Assembly: GCA_001938485.1 (NCBI GenBank)
Contig: MQRK01216696.1
Location: 1-61,958 of the forward strand
Reading direction: 5' to 3'
Origin: Girardia tigrina
Lineage: Eukaryota
DNA: 61,958 bases
Below the pieces are notes generated by a model that saw nothing but the letters and a program-made list of their open reading frames with translations, ran no database searches and was not told the DNA's origin. Shown one piece after another: positions 25,007 through 38,335 of the stretch. The translations under genes were made by a program, and so were the position numbers. Numbering within the stretch: the first letter of the stretch is position 1; every line of letters begins with the position of its first letter.

Positions 25007-26820
25007 AGTGGTGCACCCAATAAGTACTTGAGCAAATAATAATTTGACGATTCGTCGATTTTAAAAGATACATCAGTAAGATGCGGTTTAACAGTCTGTT
25101 TCTCTAGTTCGCTGACATGCTTTGGGAAGCTTGAACCACTACACTGAAAAGAATTACATCATAAAATTGATATTACACGTTATTATACTTAAATATATGT
25201 AAGGAAAAGTGGTATTGTTTTTCTAAGCTGCTTGCGTATTTAAAGAAATCGCACTATTTCATTATTTCGTTAGAGTAAATCAGATAACACTGAATTTCGA
25301 AGTGTTATAATCTTTTTGTTTTTGAAAAAACTAACATAAGAAATTATTTCACAACTGCAGGACGTTGAAATGAGTGATAGCCGTGTATCCTTTTTACAAC
25401 TGGATTTGTGATTTTAAAAGTAGGTGCACTACTTTTTTTGATTTGGAAAAGACTGAAAAACCATTGGAAGTGGAAAATTAGAAGAAAGAAATGGTACATG
25501 AATTAATAAATACATACAGTTGTATGGTAACAATAGACTTGTCACAACGTCTAAATGTGTGTTGTATAATTTACTAAGTTAAATGTGCGTCATAAAGTTG
25601 TGTTCATGATTTGTGTTCCTTACTGGTATCATGTAGCAATGACAATATGAGTGTTATCAGTTAATTGTAAATCTTTAAAAACTTGATGAGTTCTTTCTGA
25701 AAAACATAATCACAGAGGATGAAACACCTCAGCCGATAGATATCTGAAACTAAGCGCGAATCTGCCGAATAGAAGATACCTTGGGAGAAGTAATGACTTA
25801 AAATCAGATTTGATACATCAAACAAGAAATGCTTGGTGCTCCAAATCTTTTGAGACTGTGAGGAATATTTTGTGTGTGGATGTTTCTGTGTAGTGTTTGC
25901 ATGTTTAAATGTTGTATGTTGATTTGGGATTGTGCCTCTCCTAACCAGATGGATTATCAATATTTAATTTCTTGTAATGTGAAACTAATTTATTTAAATT
26001 TAGATTTAATATTCAAATTTTTAATTTTTATTATTGTAACTTTTAAATATGTTTATTTATTTTATTTTTGTAAATTCTTAAATAATTAAAATCAAATTAA
26101 TGTTTAAAAATGACTATAAAAATATTTTATTTCAGTCAATAAAATTTAAAGTAAATATTTTTAAATAAAAATAATCTTCTCAAGTATAGTTCAGATTATA
26201 ATGGGAGATATTGAAAATTGATTGATGGACCTAAGTGAAAGCAATTGTATTGATCATCATAAAGATGATAAGAATGTGAATGTAATAAATGTTCTGTCAA
26301 ATGTGTGAGTTCTCTTAACAGGGACATTAAAGACTCCAGAAGTGGATTTCGTTGCATCAGATGTCAAAATCAACTCCGATTATTATATACAACTGATGAA
26401 GGAAGCAAGCTTTAAACATCAGAGAAAATGAAAGAATGAAATCTGCCTATCGCATGCCAATGTCTCAATCGAAACATTCTGCCTGATAACAGCAACGATT
26501 GACTGATGTGGATTATCATTGATGTTTCACCCACCATATTCCATTAATTTTCACCTCTTCCGACAACTGAAAAAAAATTTGATGAAAATTCTTTGATTAT
26601 GTAAGTGATTTTCCGCAGCATGTCACGATTTGCTGACTTTGTACTCCAAAACCTTCTATAACAAGGGCATTTTGGACGTGGTTTCACGATGACGAAAATG
26701 CATATAAGTTAGCGGAGTTTGCAATAAGAAAAAAATCTAGACTAATTGCTTTTTTATTGTTATAAAGTGGAATAAAATCGGTTGTTAATTTTAGCAGTCT
26801 AAGTATTTATTGAGAGCACT
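25007..26820 (+). mobile_element. Highly degenerate mariner containing later insertions
   Basis: TIR-like GTGCACCCAATAAGTACTT / AAGTATTTATTGAGAGCAC and an FHPPYS..FHLFRQLK remnant at about 26525-26570. The 25060-25145 segment recurs at 27160-27245. Confidence 0.55.
25857..26182 (+). repeat. Dispersed repeat family, copy 2
   Basis: TGTGAGGAATATTT...GTATGTTGATTTGGGATTGTGCCTCTCCTAACCAGATGGA followed by an AT-rich tail. Confidence 0.75.
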
Positions 26821-27674
26821 ATGCAAATACTAATTGATATATTTTAAAATGTATCTATTCGTTTCATAAAGAATTTAACTTTTTTAAAGACTATTTAACA
26901 ATTTTTAAAGACCATTTAACTTTTATGAAATTATAAAACATTTTTTGAAATAATGTAATAAATTTTATTTTAAAAATAAATTTCATGCGCCATATATAAC
27001 GATTATTCAAATAAATATTTGTTATTAAAATTATTTTAGTATATTTCCACATTCCCATCAGGTTCGTCTGTAGTCAAATATACATCAATGACATAGTCTT
27101 ATAAATAACTCAGTTTAATCTGAATGTGATTCTCTAGGGTTTTGTTGTTCGTCAGTTTCAGAAGATACGTCAGTAAGATACGGTTTTATAGTATTTTTCT
27201 CTGGTTCACTGATATGTCTAGGAAACCATAAAGCACTACACTCAATTAAATATTTGCAATATGAAAACTTTTTTTATCCTTGTACCTTTTTAACATCGGT
27301 CTTATCCAGACCAATTCATAGTTGCAATATTCTTTTTTTACATTTTAAATTTTAAATGTGCATTTTGTGTAAATTTACACATTATGCTAATTATAGGGAA
27401 AAGTTCTCAATATATGAAAATTCTAATTACCCATTTAGATAGAAAATCAAAATGTGCATCAAACACATGATATCAATTTTTGACACTAGTACAAATTTTA
27501 TGTATTGATTTTTGCACTTTTGCACATGTGCAACTTAAAAAAGCACTTTGCTAGCACATTAGAAATGTTCGGCACAATGTACAATATCGATTAGCACTTT
27601 AAAACTATCGATTAGTACATTTGTGCACTTTGTAGCAATCGATTAGCACTTTTTTCTACAGTTGCAAAGGAAAA

Positions 27675-28035
27675 AGTTACGGTTGCTATGGATACGATTA
27701 CCGTTACCATGGTTACAAACGCCTTGAATTACTGTATCCGTTGCTAATGAAAACCGTCCATTGCTTACCGTTGCTAAGGTAACCGAAACCGTTGCTAGGG
27801 TGATTATATCCTTGGTTAAGGTTGCTGCCTAGGCTAGGGTGATCGGAACCGTTTCTAGGGTAATCGGAACCGTGGTTAGGGTGATTGGAACCGTTGCTAA
27901 GGTACCAGGGACCAATAAGAACCGTTACCAAGGTAATCGGAACTGTTGCTAGTGATCTAGAAATCAATAAGACGTTATCAACTTAACCGGATCCGTTGCT
28001 AACGTAACCTGAACCGTTGCCATGGCAACGGATAC
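27675..28035. repeat. Approximately 21-bp minisatellite (CCGTTGCTARGGTAAYCGGAA)
   Basis: More than ten degenerate tandem units are visible. Confidence 0.85.
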
Positions 28036-29694
28036 TCCTTGGGGGGTCATGTGAGTGAGAATGGCCATTTCCCCCTACTTATATTACTTATCCAATTGAT
28101 GATTAAATTTATATCTGAACGACTTATTATGATCCATCACAACTATTCTTCACATTGAAACTTTGCTTAGAAATATTTTCAACAATGCATTAGACTGCTC
28201 TTCAGTCAACCATTTTTTTATTCTTTCGTTGTGGTTATTTTAAAGTTACTTATACAGTTATATGTTTATATATGTTTATATATATTCCCTTATTATTATT
28301 CTAAGAGTAATCAGTCTGTCCCCTTTGATTTTATATCTAATAATAGCTATTGCTGTTAACTCATAGCCGATGCTTGAAGAAAAGAAAAGTATCACTTACA
28401 TTTCGCACTTCAACACTTCTCAATGAACTTAATTGTGCATATTCAGATCATTAAAAATACGTTGCTACGAACTTCTTTCTAAATCACTTAGCATTTGATA
28501 ATGTTTATGTACAATAAGAAATCTAAACATGAAATATTTATTGAATCATTTTTTCTTCTTTAATTGATTGATTATTAAACCATGAAAAGTTTTCTTTCAA
28601 ATTTATCTCTACTTTTTTTCCAAACTATTTCTCGAACAGAGTCTTTTCACTGAAGCAGGAACGAATTTAGCACTATACACACATAAGAGAGAAAATTGCA
28701 ACTAATTCAATAAATACATCAATTTATAATCCTTGAGTTCCACAATCATATTTCACATTCAACCCACAATCAACAATTGCTGTACCAACCCTTTTATTTT
28801 CATTTATTTTTCATTTAATAGAAAAAGGAAACCTCACTGTTTATTATTACTTTATTTCGCTTTTAATAAAAAAATAATATATTTTTAAAGAATTCAGAAT
28901 GATATAAACAATTTTATATTCTCAAATTTAATTAAAATTTATAAATATTTTTAATTCATAATTATTCTCTTCTACAAATTTAATTATTTTATTTTATTAA
29001 AATTTAATACATTTCTTTTTGCTAGGAAATACGCTTTTATTAGGAATATTTTCACAAATATACATACAAAAGACCTGCAGCAACCCGCCTTTGACTCACA
29101 AAAAATACGTGGATCGTTCAATAAGTAGCTGGACTTGACTTGAAAACAATAAAAATTGTATTTTAACATTATTTGTAAACACAAGAGCCACCTTTCTTTA
29201 TGCGCCTCTTCCGCTTACGAAAGTGACCATGTTCTCCTTCCACTGATCTGTATTTTCAAGGATTTCTCGTCGCACATGACTATCAGATGAAGTAATACTA
29301 TGGACGCAAGATTGATATTGTTTGGAGGATAATTAAGAAGCTGAAACCTGCAGCTATTGTTTGACCAATTTTGTAAATTGGTACATTGTTTTAAATTAGT
29401 CACAGTAGACATATTATCATTTGATAACTTCAATGTAGAAGCAATTAATGCAAACACATTTTTCAGTAAAGATGCGTATTATCACTGAACTATGAGACAA
29501 AAATCGTTTGTTCATCGGTATTCTTTCCACTCAATTGATTTTGTTTTTCATTATGAGGTATAGATAGTCTTATTTCATGTATGGTAATAATATTCTTGAG
29601 ACAGTTTTCTTCATATTCCATGAAAATGTGGATTTTTTTTCATGTTCACGGAATGTAATTTTCACATAAATTTGGGAACAAATTTGGAGGTTAA

Positions 29695-32600
29695 TGTTGG
29701 ATATTAGATATTTTAATTATTTGAAATATTTAATATTTACTTTTTTGATAAATATTTTGTTTAAATATTATCAATTAAACAGTGTTTTGAAAAAAAACTT
29801 TTCGCGTGTTACAAGCTATCCGGGCATAATGAATGATATGAAAATCGTTTTGGAGTTTTTAGAGAAATTCGATGGAAGCATCAGTTTCGAGATTTGGCAG
29901 AAGAAATTTGAAATGATCATGAAAATCCAGAAGATTACTGATCCAGCCCCGCATCTCCCTTTTTTACTCTCGGGTGTTGCACTGAACATCTACATGGAAT
30001 CGGACGAGAAGACGCAAAGTAACTGCGATCGGTTCTTCAAGATATTAAACAATTCGTTCGGCCTGACTAGACGTTCTGCGTACAGTCAATACTTACAGTA
30101 TCACGATGGCGAGACTATCGATGAATATGCATCTCAGGTGAAGATGCTAGCAACGAAGGTCGACGATCTAACAAAGGGTGCCTTCATGGCTGGACTGCCT
30201 TTCGAGTTGCAGGTGGATTTGGAACGGGCCGGCGACCAACCCCTGACCGAAATGATCGAGTATAGCCGCAGGTATTTGGGGATTAAAAAGGGTTTATTAC
30301 AGGGTTCAATGGCAGCAATACAACACGGAAACAACATCAAAGAAACATGGAGTTCCGGAGGTCAGGGCGAACTCGATAAACCCAGAGCAAATCTTCAGAA
30401 AGGACCCTATGTTCATCGTGAGAGAGACACTAAATTGAAGGAAAGTAATCATCATAAGGGTTCTCAGTGGCAATTAAACAGATAAACAATATGCTACAAA
30501 TGTCAGAAACCGGGTCATATCGCAAAATATTGTCGGTCGGGAAACGAACAGGGGAGTTTGTAGGCGCCGGCTCTCTTCCTTCACAGTTGACGGCGTGGCC
30601 GACGATGATCGTCACAGTAAATGACAGGTCAGCCATAGCGTTGATTGATTCACGTTGTTCGAAAACGGTTGTTTTAAAAGGGTTAGTTAGTGATTGTATG
30701 TTGTTTTCTGACGGAGAAAGTATGGTTTTGGCGAATGGAATAGGTGTTAGAGTGGGTTCGAGTGAAGTGCGGCTGAATATAAATGGCAGGATCATTAGGG
30801 TTGAATATTCATGGAACATTTGCCGTACGGTTTAGGGATCTTAATAGGTGTGGATATCATAAGTAAATTGGGCGGCGTGAAAATTAATAAGGGTGTTATT
30901 GAGTTCGGTGAAGAGGAAATTAAAGGGATAGATAGTAGCTTGAGTTGTACTGCATCGGATGCGCCTCTTGTTAGTATAAAAAAGCATAATTTTGAAATTG
31001 AGTTTAGGGAAAATTGGTCGATTAAATGGAATTGGAAAAGTGAGGCTCCGAGTTATCTTCCTAATCGTCAGTCAGTTTTTAAGCACAACAAATTAAAAGA
31101 TGTTGCAACGTTGAAAATTTTAGACGGTTGGGTAGAAAAGGGTTATCTAATCGAGTACAATGAGGAAGAAATGGGTAAATCGATAGGATCCATACCGATA
31201 TTTTGAATATTACAGGCTAATAAGTCCAAGATAAGACCCATTTTTGATTTTAGAAAATTAAACAATTATGTGAACGTTTATAGTGGTTCTGCGGACATAT
31301 GTTTAGAAAAGCTCCGCGATTGGCGACGTAGGGGTTTGACTTTTTCAATGCTTGATTTGTCAGAGGCGTACATACAGATTCATGTTCATAAGGACATGTG
31401 GCGTTACCAATCTTGTATCATTAATAACAAGAAATATGCTTTAACTAGGATGGGTGTTGTTTTAAACATTGCACCAACTATAATGACCGAAATCGTCAGG
31501 TGGATTCTGAATTTTGACACCAGGATACTTGAAAATACTGACTCTTATATTGATGATATTTATGTAAATGAAAGTTTCACTTCTGTTGAAGAAGTAGAAA
31601 AAGTGGTCAATAACTTCGGTCTCAAATGTAAGAAACCGGAAAATCTGTCACAAGCCAACGAAGTTCGAGTTTTAGGAATGAAAGTCTTTAAAGACCAACA
31701 TGTAGTGAGATGGAAGAGGGACAATCAGGTAAGGGATGAGCTGGACGTGGAATCAATTTCACGTCGCGAGTTATATTCGTTATGTGGACAATTAGTAGAA
31801 ATACACCCGGTAGCTAATTGGCTACGTCCGTCATGTTCATATCTTAAACGACTTAGTGAGGGAAGGTGAGATGAAAAGATAGACGAGGAATTATTCGAGA
31901 AGATTAAATGGGTTTTAAAGACAGTGAGGGAGAGTGATCCTTGCAGAGGTTTATGGGCTATTGATGACTGCAGGGAAGGTATTATATGGTGCGACGCAAG
32001 TTCAATAGTCATTGGTGCGGCGTTAGAAGTCAAAGGGAACATAATTGAGGACGCATCATGGTTGAGAAAAACTGATGATTCTAGACATATTAATGTAGCA
32101 GAACTAGAAGCAGTTGTAAAGGGTTTAAACTTATGTGTGAAATGGGGTTTAAGGAGCGTGATAGTAAAATCGGATAATAAGTCATTAGTTTCGTGGGTCA
32201 AGATGTCAAGAATGTCAATCCATCGATCCGGCACCCGTAAAATGGAAAACAAAGTACAATCAACAACAATCTCAGATCGTGAAAAATTAAATACCAAGGC
32301 TTCATCTGAGCTTTTAATAAAACGAAGACTGTCGATGATCAAGGAGCTGTGTCAGGAGTATGAGATCGAGTTGAAGATAGAGTTTGTTTATAGCGAAGCT
32401 AACAAGGCAGATGAGTTGACAAGAATCCCAAAACAATTAAAAAGAAGCAATTGTTTTTTATCTGTTACGGACGATCTACTCAAGCTGCAGCAACTTCATG
32501 ATAAGTGTCATTTAGGCGCAAACTGAATGCGATATTTATGTGCGAAGCAAGGAATAGGTGTGTCAAACGCGGATATCAAGGATCTGATTTCAAGATGTCA

Positions 32601-33565
32601 AGAATGTCAATCCATCGATCCGGCACCCGTCAAATTGAAAACAAAGTACAGTCAACAAAAATTTTTAAGCGTAATCGATTGTGGTCCTTCTCGCTTTGCG
32701 ATATAGAAATTAATTAAGGCTGAAGACATCAAGTCAATTGTCTCAGAATTCTAAAGTTTGTTCTGTGAACGCGGGTCTCCCAAGGAACTAATTATCGATA
32801 ATTATACCACATTTCATTCGGTAGAATTCAACAAACTAATGAAAAAATGGAACGTTCGTGTCATGTATCGTGCCATCAATCGACCCAACTGCAACGGAAT
32901 AATAGAAAGGAATCATAGAACAATCAAAAGAATTGCGTCCAGATCAAATATCAGCATTTTGGAAGCCTTATGGTGGTATAATAACACNNNNNNNNNNNNN
33001 NNNNNNNNNNNNNNNNNNNNNNNNNNNNNNTATTTGCCCATAGGGTTAGATATAATTGGAAGAAGTGAAAAGGAGCCGTTCTGTGGAAATCCAGATTATG
33101 TTGAGAATCAATTAGTGTGGGTAAAACCGGAAAACAGTACACCATGTACACAGCAATGTACCAAGGGTGTTGTCGTGAAAAGAATAAATCAAAAGAAATA
33201 TCTAGTAAATTGCAACGGATTTTGTGGTCCAATACATATCGCAGACATTTGACCTAGACAGCCTGACTTGGTTGAAAATTCCAAGTCATACTATATGAAT
33301 ATGGAGGAAACTGCATCACTACCAGACAATCAAATACAAGAGGAACAATCATTGAACTGTAGGCCTAGTAGAGAAAGACGAAGACCNNNNNNNNNNNNNN
33401 NNNNNNNNNNNNNNNNNNNNNNNNNNNNNNNNNNNNNNNNNNGGAGTGTTGGATATTAGATATTTTAATTATTTGAAATATTTAATATTTACTTTTTTGA
33501 TAAATATTTTGTTTAAATATTATCAATTAAACAGTGTTTTGAAAATAAACTTTTCGCGTGTTACA
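29695..33565 (+). mobile_element. Gypsy-like LTR retrotransposon B (gag-PR-RT-RH-IN), near complete with a few stops and frameshifts
   Basis: 119-bp LTRs (29695-29813, 33447-33565) with one difference and TSD GTTAA. ALIDS protease, LDLSEAY/YIDD RT, WCDASS/HINVAEL RNase H and integrase IDN..ERNHRTIK. It sits inside an older mariner remnant. Confidence 0.95.
29814..29825 (+). promoter_or_regulatory. Non-canonical primer-binding site complementary to tRNA-Lys(UUU) nt 1-12
   Basis: AGCTATCCGGGC immediately after the LTR's CA is the reverse complement of GCCCGGATAGCT. Confidence 0.8.
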
Positions 33566-34445
33566 GTTAATTTTCGAATTCAAATCTTAAACAATTTTTT
33601 ATCTGTTTACCAATCTTACATATACCACCACATTCTCATCATCAAACGCTAATTGGGTACCCTTCTTTGACTGACTGATTTAATCATTGATCGTTGTGTT
33701 ATAGACAGCTATTGTCATAAATCTGACGCAGAATTTTTTCCCTTTTCATAATTTAAAACTAAAAACTTTACAAAGCTTCGATAATCTACGGGATGCGATA
33801 TCACATAAGGAAAATTCGAAATTAAACAAGTATTTAAGGAAAAATTGCAAGCGTAAAGATGATTTTTCTATTATATTGTTTCCTGTTATAGTTTGAGTAT
33901 CCAAGTTTAAATGCTTTTATGGATCGGTTTTCTTTTTATTGTAACTTACGTATTATTTTGTTTTAAAAAACTTAAAGATTTATTTTTAAATTTTCTAGAA
34001 TATGGAAAATGTAATCTTGCTAACCATACCGTTTAATTAAAATTTACATAGAAATAATATTTATTACTTGCATCTTTTAAAAGGTAAAATCAGTTAGAAT
34101 TTTTTACCGAGAAAATTATAATTTATAATAATGAGGTTTGAATCTATAAATTAATCTAAAAAAAGTTTCCTATTTTCCAATTCGTAATTTATTGAATTTT
34201 AATGGACACTTATTTGCCTTTATTTATAAATCTATGTTATATTTGTATAAGAATAAATATTATGAATTTAATTATATGATCAATCATTTTATTCACATAA
34301 TTTATGCAATGTTTATATTAAGTTATTTTTTAAATAAATGTTTTAGCAAGACGCTGTCAAATTAATAATGATTTATTTCTATTATCATGTATAATATTAA
34401 AATTTTGTACTATGAAAATAAATATTATAATTTCTCATAATGCAG

Positions 34446-34668
34446 AGCAATCTTGATGAAGATGATGTGGAAACAGAAGGCGCTCCATATACTTTAAGTA
34501 CTCCTCTTCGAAGTTGTTCAGGATCTCCAGATACCAGAAATTTGGGGATGGATATACCTAGCTTAAATAATCGTCGGACATTAGCTTTAATTGATCAAAA
34601 ACGTCAAAAGCATTTTGCAGATATAGATTGCATTGATAATATTATAGAAGAAGACAAATATTTAAAAG
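34446..34668 (+). CDS. PRUNE2: PRUNE2-like linker exon
   Basis: cag/gt boundaries. SNLDEDDVETEGAPYTLSTPLRS...DKYLK. Phase 0-1. Confidence 0.7.
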
Positions 34669-35266
34669 GTATTTCATTATGTTTATTTACAAACTTTCAT
34701 GCCCAAGTCAATTTTTTTAATAAATATTTATAAAATTTAACTTCATATATTTTACAGGTTTTTTATGTAAAATTTCGCTCAAAAATACAAATAAAATTAG
34801 AGAAACATATCAATTTAAAGAAAACTTAGAAATTACGGGGTGTGCCCAATAAGTGCCCGGACTAAGTAAGAAAGCAAAATAACAGGAGCATCATATTACA
34901 ACACAGGAACACTTATCATATAAAGGTACTATTTCTCAACATAAGACCCTTCATGAGCCACACACTTCTTTCAACGATCAACCAGTTCCAAGAAAACATT
35001 TTTGTAGAAAATTGGTGACTGCTCCTTCAAGAAATCCTTCACGCTTTGACGGAGATCATCAGCATTTTCAAACTATTTGCCTCTGAAATTTTTTTCATGT
35101 TACTAAATAGGTAAAAAACACTGTAATCCGAACTGTATGGAGGATGATCCAGCAACACAAATCCACTTTTCGAAATTGTTTCCATTGTTTCAGCACTTTT
35201 GTGAATAGGAGCATTATCTTGTAATAGTTACAGTGAATAGCCACGCAACTTTCGTCGACCACGTCT

Positions 35267-37249
35267 GGTTCCCCGAAAAATGCGCGCACCGACAAAAGCG
35301 CGCACGAAAAATGTACTAAAAGGGGATTGAAAAACTTTTTTCAATTACTTAATATTTAAGATATTTTGGAAATAGATTTTTTCGAAAATTTTATATTATT
35401 ATTTACTTATTGCTAAATATATTTTGAGTCATTGTCAAATTATAAGTATTAGATTTTATTGTAAGGATTTATTTAAAATATATTAGAAATAATTAATGCC
35501 AATGTTAATTTAATATACTGAACAAAAGATTAAAAAAACACAAATTTATTATCAATTAAACAATTATCTGAAAGAGACAATCTAAATGTCAATATTAAGA
35601 GCTACTGCGTGCAAATACTCCTTAAAATCACGTCCATTATAAGTAGGAATAATTGCAGCAAGATGTTTGGATAATTGTACATACTTCGATTTGCTGGCTG
35701 TTTGAGTAGAAATTCCAATAAATATACGACTTATAGTTTACTCTGTTAAGTCTTTGTTCACTACGGAAATTATAAAATTTATAGATATTTTTGAATTATA
35801 AAATTATAGGGTATTGCATTTCTATATTACACACAAAAAAATAAAAAAAAAGTATACAAATTCTTTTATTTTATATGTATTATATAAAATCTAGTCTCTG
35901 CCTTTCTTTCTCAACCCATCTGAGCATATTATCATAAAATCCTAGACAGGGAGCTCTAAAATCACTCATAAGAACAGAGTCAAGATCAACTTCGACAGTA
36001 TTTGTGGGGTTACGTATAGCATTAAAACGGGCTTTAATCATCGAAAAAAATTCCTCGATCTGATTCAGTTGAGGATAGTAGGGAGTAAGGTACATATACG
36101 TAATACCTAATTCCCCTAACCTGGCGATAGTTATTCGCGTATGGTGAAACCTCGCGTTGTCCATGATTAGAATCTTCTCCGGGTTAGACCTAAAGTAGGC
36201 AGCTAGGTGACTCTCGAGGAATTCATTAAAAACTCAGAGTTATAAGCACCCCGACGCTTTTCATACGCGCCCAGTCCTTCATAAGAGATAACACAGAGGC
36301 AGCTGAAGTTTGTGCCTCTATTTGCAGGAACCTGCCTGTATGCTTTAATCGAAGTATTAAATCCTTCTTTTCCTCTGTAAGCGTTTTCCTTTCTTTTCTT
36401 ACCATGGTATTTGGGTTATGAAGTGGGAGTTTCCGTGGGGGTTCCCATTTGCAAAAAAACAAGGAAAAGACAGAATCGGATACAAAATTTATTTATCACA
36501 AAATAAATTTTACGCGATTTTTCGGCAGTTCGCTCACGGTTAAAAATGTCTAAATTGGTTTGAATTTGTGACACTCGAATTATCTCCGTTGAAACATTAA
36601 AACAATTGTTTTCGTTTTTTTTATTTACATATTTAATTTCATGTGGAAAAATTCTTGGGTCGATTGATCCCGATATTCTTTGTGAAAAAAAACTTGTGGG
36701 AATTTTAATTTTGTAATTATTAAATAGTTTTGCGACAAGAAAAAAATAAAAGAAATTTAAATTACATTTAAATAATATTTAAATTTGTGAAAATTTTAGC
36801 GTGGTTTGATTTTTTGTTGGAAATGTTCACTACAGGGTAAATAAAAAATATTTTCAATTTTTGTGTGTAATATAGAAATGCAAGGGGTGTAATATAGAAA
36901 TGCAATACTCTGTAATAGATTTTTTCAAAATTATTATTATTATTTACTTAGTACTAAAAATATTTTTGAATTAAATTAAATAAATTTTATAATTCAATTT
37001 GGTAAAAATAATTTTGAATTATAAAATTTATAAATGGTTTTCAAAATTTTTATTATTATTTACTTATTGCTAAAAATAATTTTGAATTATAAACTTAATA
37101 GATTTATTCAAAAATTTATATATATTTTTGAATTACAAAAATTTATAGATAATATCTTTAATATTAAGTAATTAAAAAAAGTTTTGCAATCTCCTTTTAG
37201 CGCATTTGTCGCGCGCGCTTTTGTCGGTACGCGCATTTGTCGGGTTACC
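35267..37249. mobile_element. Non-autonomous Mutator-like element with long TIRs
   Basis: TIRs GGTTCCCCGAAAAATGCGCGCACCGACAAAAGCGCGC / GCGCGCTTTTGTCGGTACGCGCATTTGTCGGGTTACC. 9-bp TSD ACCACGTCT / ACCACATCT. Confidence 0.88.
35807..36912 (-). mobile_element. Deleted IS630/Tc1-type (DDE_3) element nested in the MULE
   Basis: TIRs TAGGGTATTGCATTTCTATATTACAC / GTGTAATATAGAAATGCAATACTCTG with TA flanks. MDNARFHH..YLTPYYPQLNQIEEFFS. Confidence 0.85.
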
Positions 37250-38335
37250 ACCACATCTTCACTTCTGAATAAAATCACTATAGCACGTGTAGTTTGTGTG
37301 AACACATTTTCAAGTAAAATCGACTAATAAGACACCAGTGTAATTCCAGGAAATGCTCCGCCTCGCGGATTTCCGATGGGATGTGCCAGATCGGAGCTTC
37401 TTAGAAACAGATTCACCCGGAAATTTCCAATCAGCTGATTCTCTTTTAGACTCTGGAAGATACAATGACAATGGTGTTTCATCCTCAGTGATGATATTCT
37501 TCAAGGAATACGCTCCATGCTCATCAAAGAGGCGAAGATTTGCTGAGCTGCATTCCAGCCTGTTTTGACACATCTCAATGGTGAGGAAGCATGGAACGAA
37601 TCTGAATGCCAATTTCCGAATTCCAAAATCACTCAAAATGGTTCCCGCGCTTCCTTTACTCACATTCAATATCTAGGACAGCTTTCTTGTGGTAATTCGT
37701 CGCTCCTCCCTCACAATCCTGGCACACTCTGTTTTTTTTCGTTAGAAATTTCATATGGGCACCCACACTTTTCATCATGAAACACTGATTCTCACCCATG
37801 TCTAAACTGACTAATCCAATGATAGGTGGTAGTGCGTGAATGGAAAGTATTCCCATAAGTTTCCATCAACTGAATTAATTTTTTTTCATTCTTCTCAACT
37901 CGCAAAATGAAGAATTTTATTACATTGCGATGTAGCATGACTCGGGTAAAATTTTGAAATGACTCTCTGCAAAACAAATAAAGAATAATTCAATAAAACA
38001 AAATATATACTAATAATCTATCATTATTTATGAAAGTCATGATAACAAAAATAATTATTAAAAAAATTTCTATCATAGGTAGTCCGGTACTTATTGGGCA
38101 CACCACGTAGATTTAAAAAAAATACACAAACAATTATTTATTTTACAGATTCTTTTCAACTGCGACATAAGCCAAAAGTTAACGATTAGCAAATCATCAG
38201 TGCATTGTTTTTCGTGAGTCACAAATTTTATCCGAACCAAGTATATCTTGTTCAACCTCTACATGGTAAATTATGTGAATCGCATGGATTCTTTAATATT
38301 CATTAGGAATAAAATAATTTTTTATTGGTCTAAAA

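Larger units (their letters stand above)
34836..38107 (-). mobile_element. Mariner element interrupted by nested insertions
   Basis: TIRs CGGGGTGTGCCCAATAAGTGCCCGGACTA / TAGTCCGGTACTTATTGGGCACACCACG with TA flanks. KLAFRFVP and ITEDET at 37310-37669, DHPPYSSD at about 35140. Confidence 0.88.

Noticed and set aside
27675-28035. CRISPR-like array
   Set aside because: Contiguous degenerate tandem units with no unique spacers and no cas genes, in a eukaryotic context.
29695-29813. Tf1-style self-priming of element B
   Set aside because: The LTR contains no sequence complementary to the PBS.
29694-29828. N-terminal extension of the gag ORF (also ORF 33446-33652)
   Set aside because: It is LTR sequence that happens to be open. 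Gag more likely starts at the ATG after the PBS.
5598-31870. TGA at expected Trp positions in TE ORFs suggesting TGA=Trp recoding
   Set aside because: Other Trp codons are TGG, host exons show no in-frame TGA, and TAG/TAA stops are also present. Ordinary G-to-A decay explains it.
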